This document shows, one piece after another, positions 26,845-37,323 of a DNA stretch of 64,000 bases. A program made the translations under genes and the position numbers. The stretch's first letter is position 1, and each line of letters begins with the position of its first letter. The notes below the pieces were generated by a model, which ran no database searches, was not told the DNA's origin, and saw only the letters and a program-made list of their open reading frames with translations. Origin of the DNA: a virus; IMG/VR virus record IMGVR_UViG_3300045988_113151. One strand, given 5' to 3'.

Positions 26845-29800
26845 ATGATAATGTGTCCAAACTTTAGTGACTAGAATGTCCTAAGAGAATTTAATGAATT
26901 AAAAAATGTGGTAGGTGAAATAGGAGCCTACCACATTTGGAATGAAAACAATGGTAATCCTATTGATTAGACAAAGGACGGTAAACCGTCTAAACTATTT
27001 GCAGACTTGCTACAGTATTATAATGGTGATAGACAAGCTGCTATAAAAGGCAGAGCTAAAACCTTTACAAATACGTTTAAAACATGGTTTGATTAGTCTA
27101 AAGCATTAGATGAAAATGGAGAGCCTATTGTTACAGAATTTAATGGGGATATGGTATTTGTATCTGATCCAGAGTATGATTCTACTAAGGAGTTAACAGA
27201 ATTAGACCCTATTAAGATTAAATCTGTAAATAATACAGGATCTTTTTCTACTTCTGATAGCAGATTGCAAGGATCATAGTTAGATGAATCATTACAATTT
27301 TACTTATCTAAATCATTAGATAATAGATATAAACAAGATGTTCAAGAGTTTATTGAAGCATACAATGTATATTTTAACAAATACGATTATGCCACTTAGG
27401 AAGAGCTATAGAAAAGATTAGAAGGCATTATTCAAAACATACACGATGGTCTGAAAAACAGATTAAAAACTATCAACAAAAAAGATACGAATGTTACTGA
27501 TGAATTTAAAGCGGCATTGGTACTACAGATATCTGAATTGGAAAATAAAACAATAGATCGTGTAACTAGTATATTTCATTTTATAAATAATACTAAACAA
27601 GATGCTATCTCAACTGTCAAGAAGATTAGAGATATAGCTAATGGAAAATCTGATAAACTACCATTAAAGTAGCTATTAGATTTAAAACAAGATTTCTTTA
27701 GTTTTTATTGTCCTATGATTGATGATTGTGTAAGTACTCTTACTTCAGTAGAAGAATATAGGAACTTAATCGGAGCTACTACTTACGATAAAATGTTATC
27801 AGATGCAAAAAACATTTAGACTTTGTTGAATACTGGAGCTAATAATGTAGACAATTGGATTGTAGAACAATCAGCAGATGAATTAAGAAAAGTAGGTATA
27901 TCAGTAAATAGTCCTACTATAGAGAGCTATTTACAAGATAATAAAGACAAAGTAAGTAAGGACATTCTTACAATAACAGCATGGATTGGAGCTGGGGACA
28001 AAATAAGTGATGAAGCAATCAGAGCTTTATTTCATATAACACAACAAGCTGAATATGAAATAGATAGAGCTACATACTCAGTTAGTAATAAGTTGTTAGA
28101 TTTACTTAATAAAGTAGGAACATATAATCAGAGAAAACTTGTAGAATTAGACGAAAACGGAAAACCTACTGGTTATATGGTAAGACGTAGAAATTATGGT
28201 AAGTTTAACAATGAATACAAACAATTCTTAAAAGAGTTACGTGGTAGATTAGGTATTGTTGATGTAGAAGATTTTAGAACTATAGATCCAGCTATACGAT
28301 CTGAATATAATAAAAGTAAGAACGAATGGTTATCTTTACATTGTGAAAGGAAATATAAACCTGAATATTATGAGTTATTTAATAATCTTTCTCCATTAGC
28401 AGCAGATGCTAGAGAATTAGTCCAAATAAAAATACACAAGTTGCTAGATACAGTAAAAGATAAAAATGGTTATTACGATACCAGTAAATTATCTCCTTCT
28501 AATCAAAAGAAATTAAGTAGTCTATATCTAGAAAAAAAGCAACTTGCTAGTATATATGACATACACGGTGTACTAAAAACTGGAGAAGAATATGATATAG
28601 CTTTAGAATTAAGTAATTTGAACGAGAAACTATCTAAAGGTATGATGCTTAAATCTAACAAAGAATTGTTTGATAGAGTAAAGGCAGAAAAAAAAGCCTC
28701 ACTTAGTGAAGCTGAGTATCAAAGATGGTTGAAATATAACTCTAGAGATGAATACACTTAGGAATTCTATGACGATTTGGCTAAGGTAGAGAAGTCAGAG
28801 ATAACTAATCCTAAAGATGCTGAGTTATATGAAGAATTATAGAATAGAAAGCGTGCTATACTTAGACAGTTTAGAGATGATAAGACACATGAAATGGAGA
28901 GCTTAATACCGAATGCTGCACAGAATGAATTAGATAAGATAGATATAGACCTATCTAAAATAAGACGCAGAAATGGCAGGAAAAAAACACAAGGTTTAAA
29001 GTTTAATGATATTGCCAAGGTAGTACCTACTTAGCTATTCTACCAATTACGTTCAGAAGCTATTGAAAATGGTACTTTAGGAGTATTTGAACAACAGCAT
29101 TGTAATAGAGACGCTAATGGAGTAATTTATCCTAAATCCTACTTAACAAAAATCGTACCAGTAAAAGAGAAATACATTCTAAAGGAATAGCCTTCTATGT
29201 ATTTTTCAGAAGTAGATCCTCAGTCTCCGTTTATAAATGAAAATTATAAACCTTACGAAGAAGATGAAGGAGAGTATTACTTACCAAAAGATAATATGTA
29301 TGATAACACTAAAGCTTTTGAAGAGATATAGAATGACGCTAATCTATTAGCTCTATATAAAGAATGTGTTAATGTAATGCAAGAGTCTAATAGTAAACTT
29401 ACTAATCTTACTAATCTTAATAAATATAGATTACCATAGATATCTGGTTCTATGTGGAGATATGTAAAAGCTAGAGGATACGAAGGGTTTAAAGAATACT
29501 GGAAGGACAAAGTATCTGTTAAGAATGATGACACAGGTATGAATGAAGATATAGTAGAAGTATCTGAAGATAAGCTACACTTTGTACCTTAGAACTTCGT
29601 TAAAAGCCTAGAAGATCCAGCTACTATTACAGCTAATACAGTAGGCTCTATTATTTAGTATTTTAAAATGGCTGAAAACTTTAGAGTTAAAAGCGAACTT
29701 AAACCTAAAACAGAAGCTATATTACAATTTATAGGAAATAGAGATGTAAAAAGCAAGATAAGAGGTAAAAGTAAGAAAGGTAAAGAATCAAACCTATACA

Positions 29801-31251
29801 AGTTTGCTAAGAGCTTTGTAGAAATGAATATATATGATATTAAAACTAAATCTGCTACAGTAGATATAAAAGAAAGAGATGTTGATATATTCGGTTTTAA
29901 GATGCATATATAGCCTAGAAAAGTTAACTTTACTAAAGTAATGTTAGGTTTAAAAGCTATTGGTACTACTGTTAATTTAGGTTTAAATTTAATATGCGCT
30001 TTTACTGGTTTTATAACAGCTACTATGGCTCATCTAGTTAATTCCTTTACTGGTAGGTATTATGATTTTTATGATATGTGCTCTGCTGTTAAGTCACTTA
30101 ATGTAGACACATTTAAGAATATTACTAATATATTCAGCCCATATACTAAAAGTAAATAGATGAAGTTAATGGAATATTTTCAAGTAGGCAGTGAGTTAAG
30201 TACTAGTAATCTTAATTAGATAGCTATACAATCACAATTAGCTAGGAATTGGGCTTTTGGTATTTACTCCGTATCTGATTACTTTGTTAAGGGTGCTATT
30301 CTAAACTCTGTAATGTATAACTTTAAGTATGTTAATGGAGAATTCTTAAATAAAGAAGAGTTTAAGAATAAATATAAAGACGATGAAGTTATGCTTAGAC
30401 AATGGAGAAGTTTTAGGTCTGCTTATGATTTAGTAGAGTATAAAGATTATACTATAAAGGCTAAAGATTAGAAACATCAGAAAGCATGGGAAGCTAAACG
30501 AGATGTCATAGGTAGTACTGCTAGAAACTTAGCACAATCGGCAGATGGTTAGCTTACCCCTCTTCAGAAAACTATGCTAAGTAGTAATATAATAGGTAGT
30601 TTACTTATGATGCACCGTCAATTTATGCCTATAATACTTCAAGAAAGATGGGTATAGAATAGACAATGGGATTATGAATCTTAGAGATATAAAGAAGCAT
30701 TATTTAGGGTTCCTTTTAGTATAATAAATGCTATGAGAAAGGATAATCGTAATATCAAGTTATATCAAAAATATATACAAAATAGTACACCAGATCAGAG
30801 GAAAGCTATATTACAATTAGGTATAGAAATGACTACGTTAGCTGGTTTACATTGGGTGTTATTACCTATGATTAAATCATGGGCAGATGACGATAAAGAT
30901 TCTATAATAAGGCAACTAATAGCATTTGCTTTAATTAGAACAGACTTTGAAACTCTTATGAATGTTACTCCTTGGGCTGTATCAGACGCTATCAATACTA
31001 TCAAGACTCCTTTTCCGATTTATAATTATTATGATAACTTTACTTCATTAATATCTATAATTCCTGAAACTACTTATAATATAATTAGTAGTGAAAAAAG
31101 TGATAAAATAGATAGAGGAGCTTATGAAGATTGGACCAAAGCTCAAAAATATGGGTTAAAGTTAACTCCATTTAAAAACTTATGGGAGTTATAGGATATA
31201 CCTTCAAAACGAAGATATTATGAAACTCAAATTGCTAATAGAGATAATTAA
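26845..31251 (+). CDS. large virion protein (1468 aa) with C-terminal TM segments
   Basis: ATG 26845 to TAA 31249-31251 verified codon by codon. 24 in-frame TAGs. Hydrophobic segments near 29941-30050 and 30830-30880. Confidence 0.65.
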
Positions 31252-31292
31252 AATAATAAAGGGTAGGTTTAAACACCTACCCTTTTCTTTTT
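31251..31292. terminator. bidirectional rho-independent terminator at the convergent block junction
   Basis: GGGTAGGT-ttaaac-ACCTACCC flanked by an A-run (31251-31260) and a T-run (31283-31292). Confidence 0.75.
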
Positions 31293-31731
31293 AACAAGTA
31301 CAAGTATAATTATTACCAAGCAAATTTTTGCTAAGTAAATCATCAAAGTCTTTTAAATAATCTTTCCAAATAAATAATAATTCTCTAGCATCTACATATG
31401 ATGTAATATATCTTCCATTCTTTTTACAGAATTCTAAATCATCAATTTTATCTTTAGTTACTTTAAAACTAAACACTGTATATACTTTATTATCTATTTT
31501 AGTAGTAAACCAATTATAATAATATTTATTATTACTTAGTTCTTGTATTTTCTTAGATAGTTCATAATTACTACCAAAATTATAAACTAAATATAATTTT
31601 CCCTCTGAATCATCATTTTTACATTCTGTATACATATTTACAAAACTATGACAATCAAAGTAAGATATTTTAGCATCAATAAAATCACTTAGAAAAACTA
31701 AGCATTTATTAAACTTCTTCAATTCCATCAC
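31291..31731 (-). CDS. hypothetical protein (146 aa)
   Basis: Standard-code ORF, overlaps the upstream gene end, TAA stop. Confidence 0.5.
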   Translation of the reverse strand: MMELKKFNKCLVFLSDFIDAKISYFDCHSFVNMYTECKNDDSEGKLYLVYNFGSNYELSKKIQELSNNKYYYNWFTTKIDNKVYTVFSFKVTKDKIDDLEFCKKNGRYITSYVDARELLFIWKDYLKDFDDLLSKNLLGNNYTCTC

Positions 31732-32716
31732 CTTCGTAATATTCTACTGAGTGATCCCATTGATTTATATTGTTATGATATGAAATTTTCTGTAAAGTAC
31801 TGTTAATTAAATCAATTTTTTCACTGAGTATTTTATCATTCTTCATATTAAATACTCTAATTTGATTTTCAGAATCTTTGCCTATTGCAATAATATACGC
31901 TTCAAAATCATATTCTTCAGAATTAAGGTTTAATACTTCTTGCATATACCATTGTATTGCTAATCCATAATAAGCTATTTGCCTATAATAATCATATTCT
32001 TCTATAGAATGTTTAAAATCATAGACATTTACAGTAGTTTTTAAGTCAATAAGAATTATCTTTTTATTAACATGATCAAAACAAACTCTATCAAGCAAAG
32101 ATTTACATTTAATGTTATTAATTCTATCAACTTGCCAATTAATATGAAATTCGTTATGAGTTTCAAAAGTAGATGGTAAATTAAAAAGCAATTCGTTAGC
32201 TTTTTTATGATTCTGAATATTTTCTTTTATCTTCTTTAAAGTCTGTAAATCAGTATAACTAATTACAATCTTATTGTTATCTTTATTATCTAAATACTGT
32301 AGATAATCTTGATATAACATAATAAGATCTTCAGCTTCTTCAATACATTTTTCATCAGATTTCTTATTATTATAAGCTTTTCTGTAAGCTTCTAATTTAA
32401 GTTTATCTTGAGACTCTAAAGGATTTAATAATACTAATTTATGATATTCTTCTAATAAATCTTTTTGCTGTTTTACTTTAGGTATTGCAAAATCAAGAAT
32501 AACATAATCTTTCCAGAATTCTTCTGGTTGAAGTAAATATTCATGAATCATTGTTCCTTTTTTTAAAAAAGAGAAATCCAATTTTTCTCCTTTTCCAGAT
32601 AACATGTTATAATAATACTTAGGACCATTATTAATATAATATCCTATAGCAGAATTTGACACACGTGAGTTATCCTCATAATAAGGAACACTTATATCCA
32701 TCTTTTTATTTTGCAT
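31709..32716 (-). CDS. PD-(D/E)XK nuclease, RecB/Cas4-like exonuclease
   Basis: GTMIHEYLL, KKIILIDLKTT and YYRQIAYYG (QxxxY) motifs in the expected order. Confidence 0.6.
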   Translation of the reverse strand: MQNKKMDISVPYYEDNSRVSNSAIGYYINNGPKYYYNMLSGKGEKLDFSFLKKGTMIHEYLLQPEEFWKDYVILDFAIPKVKQQKDLLEEYHKLVLLNPLESQDKLKLEAYRKAYNNKKSDEKCIEEAEDLIMLYQDYLQYLDNKDNNKIVISYTDLQTLKKIKENIQNHKKANELLFNLPSTFETHNEFHINWQVDRINNIKCKSLLDRVCFDHVNKKIILIDLKTTVNVYDFKHSIEEYDYYRQIAYYGLAIQWYMQEVLNLNSEEYDFEAYIIAIGKDSENQIRVFNMKNDKILSEKIDLINSTLQKISYHNNINQWDHSVEYYEGDGIEEV

Positions 32717-32837
32717 AATTAATAGTTACTTTTTCTTCTTCAGCTTGTATAGCTAAAGTATTATCAATAACATTATTATATTTAGCTTCAATAGCTATTA
32801 TCTCTTCGTCAAATAAAATTGATTTAATGTCTTTCAT
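32706..32837 (-). CDS. small ORF (43 aa)
   Basis: ATG 32837 lies 2 nt after the upstream stop. Reads MKDIKSILFDEEIIAIEAKYNN... and overlaps the next start. Not in the ORF track because it is under 60 aa. Confidence 0.3.
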   Translation of the reverse strand: MKDIKSILFDEEIIAIEAKYNNVIDNTLAIQAEEEKVTINYAK

Positions 32838-32839
32838 TT

Positions 32840-33667
32840 TTAATCCTCCATATCATTAATTACAGCTGAATCAAGAATTTCTGCTGAAGTATTCCATTCT
32901 ACTTCATCTTCTTTGTCTTGCGGCAGATTAATAACTTTATAAGCTGATAACCACTCTTCAATATCAGGATGAGTATTGTGAGCCTTATTAATCAAACTAT
33001 CTAGAAATTCTTGTTCTACTTGTTTCTTTTCTTTTTCAGTCATAATATCTAGAATTACAAATTCGTAGTTCTTTTTAAAATTATAGTGATCATCTAATCT
33101 AGAACAATTATAACATCTTAGATTAACATCACTATCTCCATCATGCCAGTGACCATATAAATGGTATTTATATTTTCCAAATGTTATAAATCCTAGTGCA
33201 TGATTTTTTATAGGATTATCATGAGTAAGTAATATATCACAATTAGGTATTAATTGATATTTATTATTAGCATCTTTACTAAATGCCCATTTATCTTCCT
33301 GGAACATAATAGGAGCTATCCATGGAGATCCATAGAATTTAATACCTTCATACTTATAACATTGATCAATTAAAAATACTAACTTTTTATTAGTAGTTTT
33401 ATACATTTCTTTACGAAATTGCTCAAACGAACCATTATTATAAATATGTTCTAAATAAAAATCATGATTACCTGGAATAACAATTACTTTTTTACAAGGT
33501 AACTTTTCAACCCACTTTACGAATTTGTTCTTCCACCAACGTTCAGATCTTTCATTATCACGCTGAATATTTAGTTCTACAATATCTCCGCAAATACACA
33601 ACATATCACATTCAGGTATATTAGTAATTAAATTACCATGTATGTCACTTATTCCGCATATTTTCAT
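32840..33667 (-). CDS. calcineurin-like metallophosphoesterase
   Basis: ISDIHGN, CICGDIV, IPGNHDF, LLTHDNP, YGHWHDG motifs. Confidence 0.85.
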   Translation of the reverse strand: MKICGISDIHGNLITNIPECDMLCICGDIVELNIQRDNERSERWWKNKFVKWVEKLPCKKVIVIPGNHDFYLEHIYNNGSFEQFRKEMYKTTNKKLVFLIDQCYKYEGIKFYGSPWIAPIMFQEDKWAFSKDANNKYQLIPNCDILLTHDNPIKNHALGFITFGKYKYHLYGHWHDGDSDVNLRCYNCSRLDDHYNFKKNYEFVILDIMTEKEKKQVEQEFLDSLINKAHNTHPDIEEWLSAYKVINLPQDKEDEVEWNTSAEILDSAVINDMED

Positions 33668-33668
33668 A

Positions 33669-34169
33669 CTATTTAGTTGAAATATTTAAATATTGTATTA
33701 TATCTTGTAAAGATATATCTTCGTCTTCAAGAGATTTTACTTCTTGCATAAAAGCTATAATATTATCTATAGATAATAAGCAAATATTATCGTTACAAAA
33801 TTTAATTACTTCTTCTTTATTTTTAATATTAAGATTATCTGCTATTATAGGCAATAACTCAATATTTTCATTAGCGTCATAATTGCGTACATAACGAACT
33901 CGTGAACATCTATCTTCCATATATTCACTTATATTACTTGTATCATTACAAGTCATAATTATAAGCTTTTTAGCAGTCTTTTCAACTCCATCTAAGAAAT
34001 CTAACATCTTTGTAGTATTAAATTTCTTTTCTATTTCATCAAATAAAATACATACTGGAGTTTCAAAAGTTTTAAAGAAGTTTATTAATTTATTTTCAGG
34101 AAATTTAGGGTCTATTATAATAATTGGCAAATTAGATTCTTTAGCTAATAATTTAGCTGTTACTGTTTT
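33669..34169 (-). CDS. AAA+ ATPase, exon 2
   Basis: Begins KTVTAKLLAKE (completes Walker A), then ILFDEIEK (Walker B) and IIMTCND (sensor 1). TAG stop at 33669-33671. Confidence 0.7.
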   Translation of the reverse strand, partial: KTVTAKLLAKESNLPIIIIDPKFPENKLINFFKTFETPVCILFDEIEKKFNTTKMLDFLDGVEKTAKKLIIMTCNDTSNISEYMEDRCSRVRYVRNYDANENIELLPIIADNLNIKNKEEVIKFCNDNICLLSIDNIIAFMQEVKSLEDEDISLQDIIQYLNISTK

Positions 34170-35253
34170 CAATTTTGTTATCGTTAGGTTTTTTATCCTA
34201 ACTTCTATAACTTCTAATTTGTTATAGTTCAGCGTACATTTTCATCTTTCTAAAAATAGTTAAGATGGAGAACACTCTTGGGAATATTATATTTATTCAA
34301 TTCCTACGCGTTACGCAGCTATAGATCCTTGCGAAATATCTATAGTTTGCTCGGTATTAGCATCACAGCCTTCACCGATTTTGCTCTCTAATAATTCATA
34401 CAATTTCTTATATGAACGGCAATATTGTTTATATAATTTATATTTTCTTTCTAAATATATAGTACTATTTTGATATAAAAAATTACATATTATAAAACCA
34501 GATCCTCTTGTAAAAATAAGTTCTGGAACAGAATGAGTAATTATAATTTTATGATTATTTAGTGGTAAATAATTTTGATATTTATTCAAAAATTCTACTG
34601 TACCACAAATTTTTATAGCAATTATGGTATGTTCTTTATTGCAATGTGTAATACATCCATCCCCATCAAAATATCCACGTAAAAAATCTTTTATTAAGTC
34701 TTTGCAACTAAATATATTTTCATTTGGAAACTTAAGTATATTAGATTTTTGTGGAACGCATCCATATTGTTTTAATGTATTACAAAAATGTTTGCTATTA
34801 AAAGAGCATCTATAAGCATTAAATACTTTATTATTTAATTTTACTTTTTTAAGTTTAATATTTCTACTGTGATTTATAAAATTATTAAACTTCTCAAGAT
34901 GTTCTTTATCTTTTTCAGCTAAAGACATTTCAAAACAGTTATCTCTCTTACTTATATTTCCATCTGCAAAAATAAAACCTAACCAATAAGCTTTTTCTTC
35001 TGTATCTATTGTATCAAACACATGTTCATTAATTTTTATCAAATTTTGACGATTTACTACTTTATATCCAGCTTTCTTAATTGCTCTAGAAATAGTCATT
35101 GCGTCTTTTTTATATTTTTTTGCTAAAAACTGAATGCTACATTTAGTATCTATATATTCTTTTATTATGTCTTCCATATCTATTAATTTAATTTTCTAAT
35201 AGAACGGGAAAAGTTATAATAAGTTATAAAAATTGTTAATAAATTATATTATT
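34170..35253 (-). mobile_element. group I-like intron carrying a LAGLIDADG homing endonuclease gene
   Basis: It interrupts the Walker A codons GTKGTG|KT. The exon ends in U (GGT|), the intron ends in G (..TTG|AAA), and the join is in phase. Hairpins lie 3' of the HEG: CTATAAC/GTTATAG and GTTAGG/CCTAAC. Confidence 0.65.
34311..35177 (-). CDS. LAGLIDADG homing endonuclease (double motif)
   Basis: YWLGFIFADGNI and FLRGYFDGDGCI. N-terminal HTH-like region. C terminus ...GSIAA. Confidence 0.85.
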   Translation of the reverse strand: MEDIIKEYIDTKCSIQFLAKKYKKDAMTISRAIKKAGYKVVNRQNLIKINEHVFDTIDTEEKAYWLGFIFADGNISKRDNCFEMSLAEKDKEHLEKFNNFINHSRNIKLKKVKLNNKVFNAYRCSFNSKHFCNTLKQYGCVPQKSNILKFPNENIFSCKDLIKDFLRGYFDGDGCITHCNKEHTIIAIKICGTVEFLNKYQNYLPLNNHKIIITHSVPELIFTRGSGFIICNFLYQNSTIYLERKYKLYKQYCRSYKKLYELLESKIGEGCDANTEQTIDISQGSIAA

Positions 35254-35526
35254 ACCAGTTCCTTTAGTTCCTGCTAATAATACTCCTGTTGTATTACTAG
35301 TAGTAGTGTTAAAATAGTTAATTATTCTTTTTCTAAAAATACTATCACTTTTAGTTTCATATATAGTACTAGGTAAATTTAGTTCACCATTTTCCTTAAA
35401 TATACTTCGCTCATTCCATCCATCCCACTCTAGATTATATACTTGATTAGGTATTAATTCATATTCATTACCTTTAGGTACAACAAATATTTCTTTACCT
35501 ATCTTAACAAATTCTTTTTTATTCAT
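35254..35526 (-). CDS. AAA+ ATPase, exon 1
   Basis: Ends ...GVLLAGTKGTG. The unspliced frame runs into NNIIY* inside the intron. Confidence 0.7.
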
Positions 35527-35529
35527 ATA

Positions 35530-35904
35530 TTATGATTTTAGTATATTAATTAAATTATCAACATCTTTATTATTGCGAACTATATAAAATTTAGTATTTG
35601 GTTCATTTAGACTTAAATAATATTTAAATAGTTTTTCCCTATTTGCCCAAGCGTCATTAGGGTATCCTTTACATTCAATAACAAAGTCTTTTCCTACAAA
35701 GTCAGGTAAATAAGTAATAGCTCTAATCTTAGAGCTATTATAAATAAAAGCTGGTAGCAAAGTATATCTATGTAATTCATAGTCTACTTTAATATCAGCT
35801 TCTTTTAATTTCTAGTACATATAAGCTTCTAGTTTAGATCGAAATATTATTCCATCTATTTCTTGTTTAGTAGCATTACGTACTTTCTTATTTTGTTTTA
35901 ACAT
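35530..35904 (-). CDS. DUF1064-like PD-(D/E)XK endonuclease (Holliday-junction resolvase-like) with one in-frame TAG
   Basis: ATG 35904. Reads MLKQNKKVRNATKQEIDGIIFRSKLEAYMY[TAG 35812-35814]KLKEADIKVDYELHRYTLLPAF...ITYLPDFVGKDFVIECKGY. The track ORF (35530-35760) is only the part after the TAG. Confidence 0.55.
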
Positions 35905-36205
35905 ATTTTACAGAATGAGTAAGATTTCCCTTAAAAAGAGCAAAATGTTCCAACCGTTCATAATATTTTCCTTCTTTAGTATAACCAACAGTTATTAAAA
36001 ATGAATAATCTTTTCCATTACGAAATGAATTAAATAATGCTGATATAGAACTACCTAAAAACTTACGTTTTTGGTTCCATTCAGTAAATTCACCACTTAA
36101 TATTTTACTAATAATAGTAGCAGGAAGTAACAATATTTTTCCTAGGATAACAGTTAAGTCAAAAGGTATAGCTAATATTTTACCTATAGTTTTTAATAGT
36201 TTCAT
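35888..36205 (-). CDS. hypothetical membrane protein (105 aa)
   Basis: Standard-code ORF with a hydrophobic N-terminal half; overlaps its neighbours. Confidence 0.45.
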   Translation of the reverse strand: MKLLKTIGKILAIPFDLTVILGKILLLPATIISKILSGEFTEWNQKRKFLGSSISALFNSFRNGKDYSFLITVGYTKEGKYYERLEHFALFKGNLTHSVKYVKTK

Positions 36206-37151
36206 ATAACCAATTTTTTATGTTTTCAAATCCATTTAATTTTATAGCATCAGATATATCCTTTGCATTCCATTTCTTATGCACTAATAGTGGTTTTAAA
36301 CCTGTTTTAAGGCTTATTTTACGAAGATATTTAATTCCAGCTGTATCTCTATCAAAACATATTAAAATGTGTTTAAAACGCTTCTTAAGGTTATCTAGAA
36401 CATCATCTGGAATAAATGTAGATTCTGATGCTGGAGAAATAGCAGATATACCCATTTCATACAAACACATAACATCTTTTAGTGATTTAGTAATTATGAG
36501 TAGATTATCAGTTTTAGGCAACTGTTTAAATCCTTGTATATCATACTGTCCTAAATTATTTCTCCATTTAGTATATTTATCTGCTAAAGGTCTGTATATT
36601 TTAAAGTTATTATAAACTTTATAAGCATACATGGGATTTTCTTTTTTATAAATCCCTTTCACTATACCATTGCAGAGATAATATTTAATACTATTTACAT
36701 TAAATTTCTTTAGTGTGTCGATACAGATATTAAATTGCGACCAGTAATTGATGTCTTCAGCTGTAAAATCTTGCCGAACTACACCAATTACTGTTTCTGT
36801 TGACGCTATATATTGCTTAGAGCTAACGAGTTTGGTATCGCTAGTAATTTTAAGTTTGTCTACTATGTCTAGTAATATATCATTATAATTGATTATTCCA
36901 GTATATAATGACACAAACTTTATAACATTACCGCAATCACCTGTTCCATGATCTTTAAAAAGTAGTTGTTTTGTACGTTTAGAATAGAATATCCCAAATG
37001 AAGGATTTTTATCCTTTCTAAATGGACTATTATAAATCATACCTACTTTAAATTGACCTAAATAATGAGCATATATATCATACTCTGTTACTCTAGATAA
37101 TATCCAATCTAAAGTAATATCGCTAAGTTTAGCTTTTTCTTTATCGTACAT
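36180..37151 (-). CDS. DNA primase (Toprim domain)
   Basis: ILICFDRDTAGIKY (Toprim DxD), LLIITKSLKDVM. Sits in the replication module. Confidence 0.65.
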   Translation of the reverse strand: MYDKEKAKLSDITLDWILSRVTEYDIYAHYLGQFKVGMIYNSPFRKDKNPSFGIFYSKRTKQLLFKDHGTGDCGNVIKFVSLYTGIINYNDILLDIVDKLKITSDTKLVSSKQYIASTETVIGVVRQDFTAEDINYWSQFNICIDTLKKFNVNSIKYYLCNGIVKGIYKKENPMYAYKVYNNFKIYRPLADKYTKWRNNLGQYDIQGFKQLPKTDNLLIITKSLKDVMCLYEMGISAISPASESTFIPDDVLDNLKKRFKHILICFDRDTAGIKYLRKISLKTGLKPLLVHKKWNAKDISDAIKLNGFENIKNWLYETIKNYR

Positions 37152-37171
37152 ATGCTTTCTGATTTTGTTTG

Positions 37172-37225
37172 TCTAAGTAAAAGGACTCGAACCTTTTGAT
37201 GTAGCCTTATTCTACAGTTACTTAG
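37172..37225 (-). ncRNA. 54-nt tRNA-like element lacking a D arm
   Basis: CTAAGTA-AC-TGTAG-AATAAGG-CTACA-TCA-AAAGG-TTCGAGT-CCTTT-TACTTAG-A. It has a 7-bp acceptor stem, a canonical T arm and one extra hairpin. It lies 20 nt upstream of the primase ATG. Confidence 0.45.
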
Positions 37226-37232
37226 TAATAAC

Positions 37233-37254
37233 GTGTGCCTAATTTTAGGCACAC
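37233..37254 (-). terminator. terminator-like hairpin after the SSB-like gene
   Basis: GTGTGCCTAA/TTAGGCACAC perfect inverted repeat. Confidence 0.5.
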
Positions 37255-37323
37255 TTATCAATTCCTAAAAACGAGGCTATTTCTAGCTTACGTAAATATT
37301 ACTTTTTTCTAAATTTTTTTAGT

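Noticed and set aside
3180-30004. Minus-strand track ORFs inside the late block (3180-3434, 6255-6452, 11393-11578, 12755-13009, 13206-13418, 14358-14582, 15025-15228, 16000-16272, 16870-17058, 17884-18099, 18901-19161, 19438-19692, 20530-20811, 21706-21888, 22505-22708, 24631-24819, 25333-25539, 26279-26533, 28767-29018, 29277-29534)
   Set aside because: They lie antisense to verified long coding frames and have low-complexity hydrophobic or Ser-rich translations. This is typical shadow-ORF behaviour in AT-rich DNA.
531-31194. Treating the many short plus-strand track ORFs as separate genes, or as pseudogene fragments of a decaying prophage
   Set aside because: Consecutive ORFs share one frame and are separated only by TAG, never by TAA/TGA. 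Conserved domains span the TAGs. The true ends are always TAA/TGA followed by a coupled start or a terminator.
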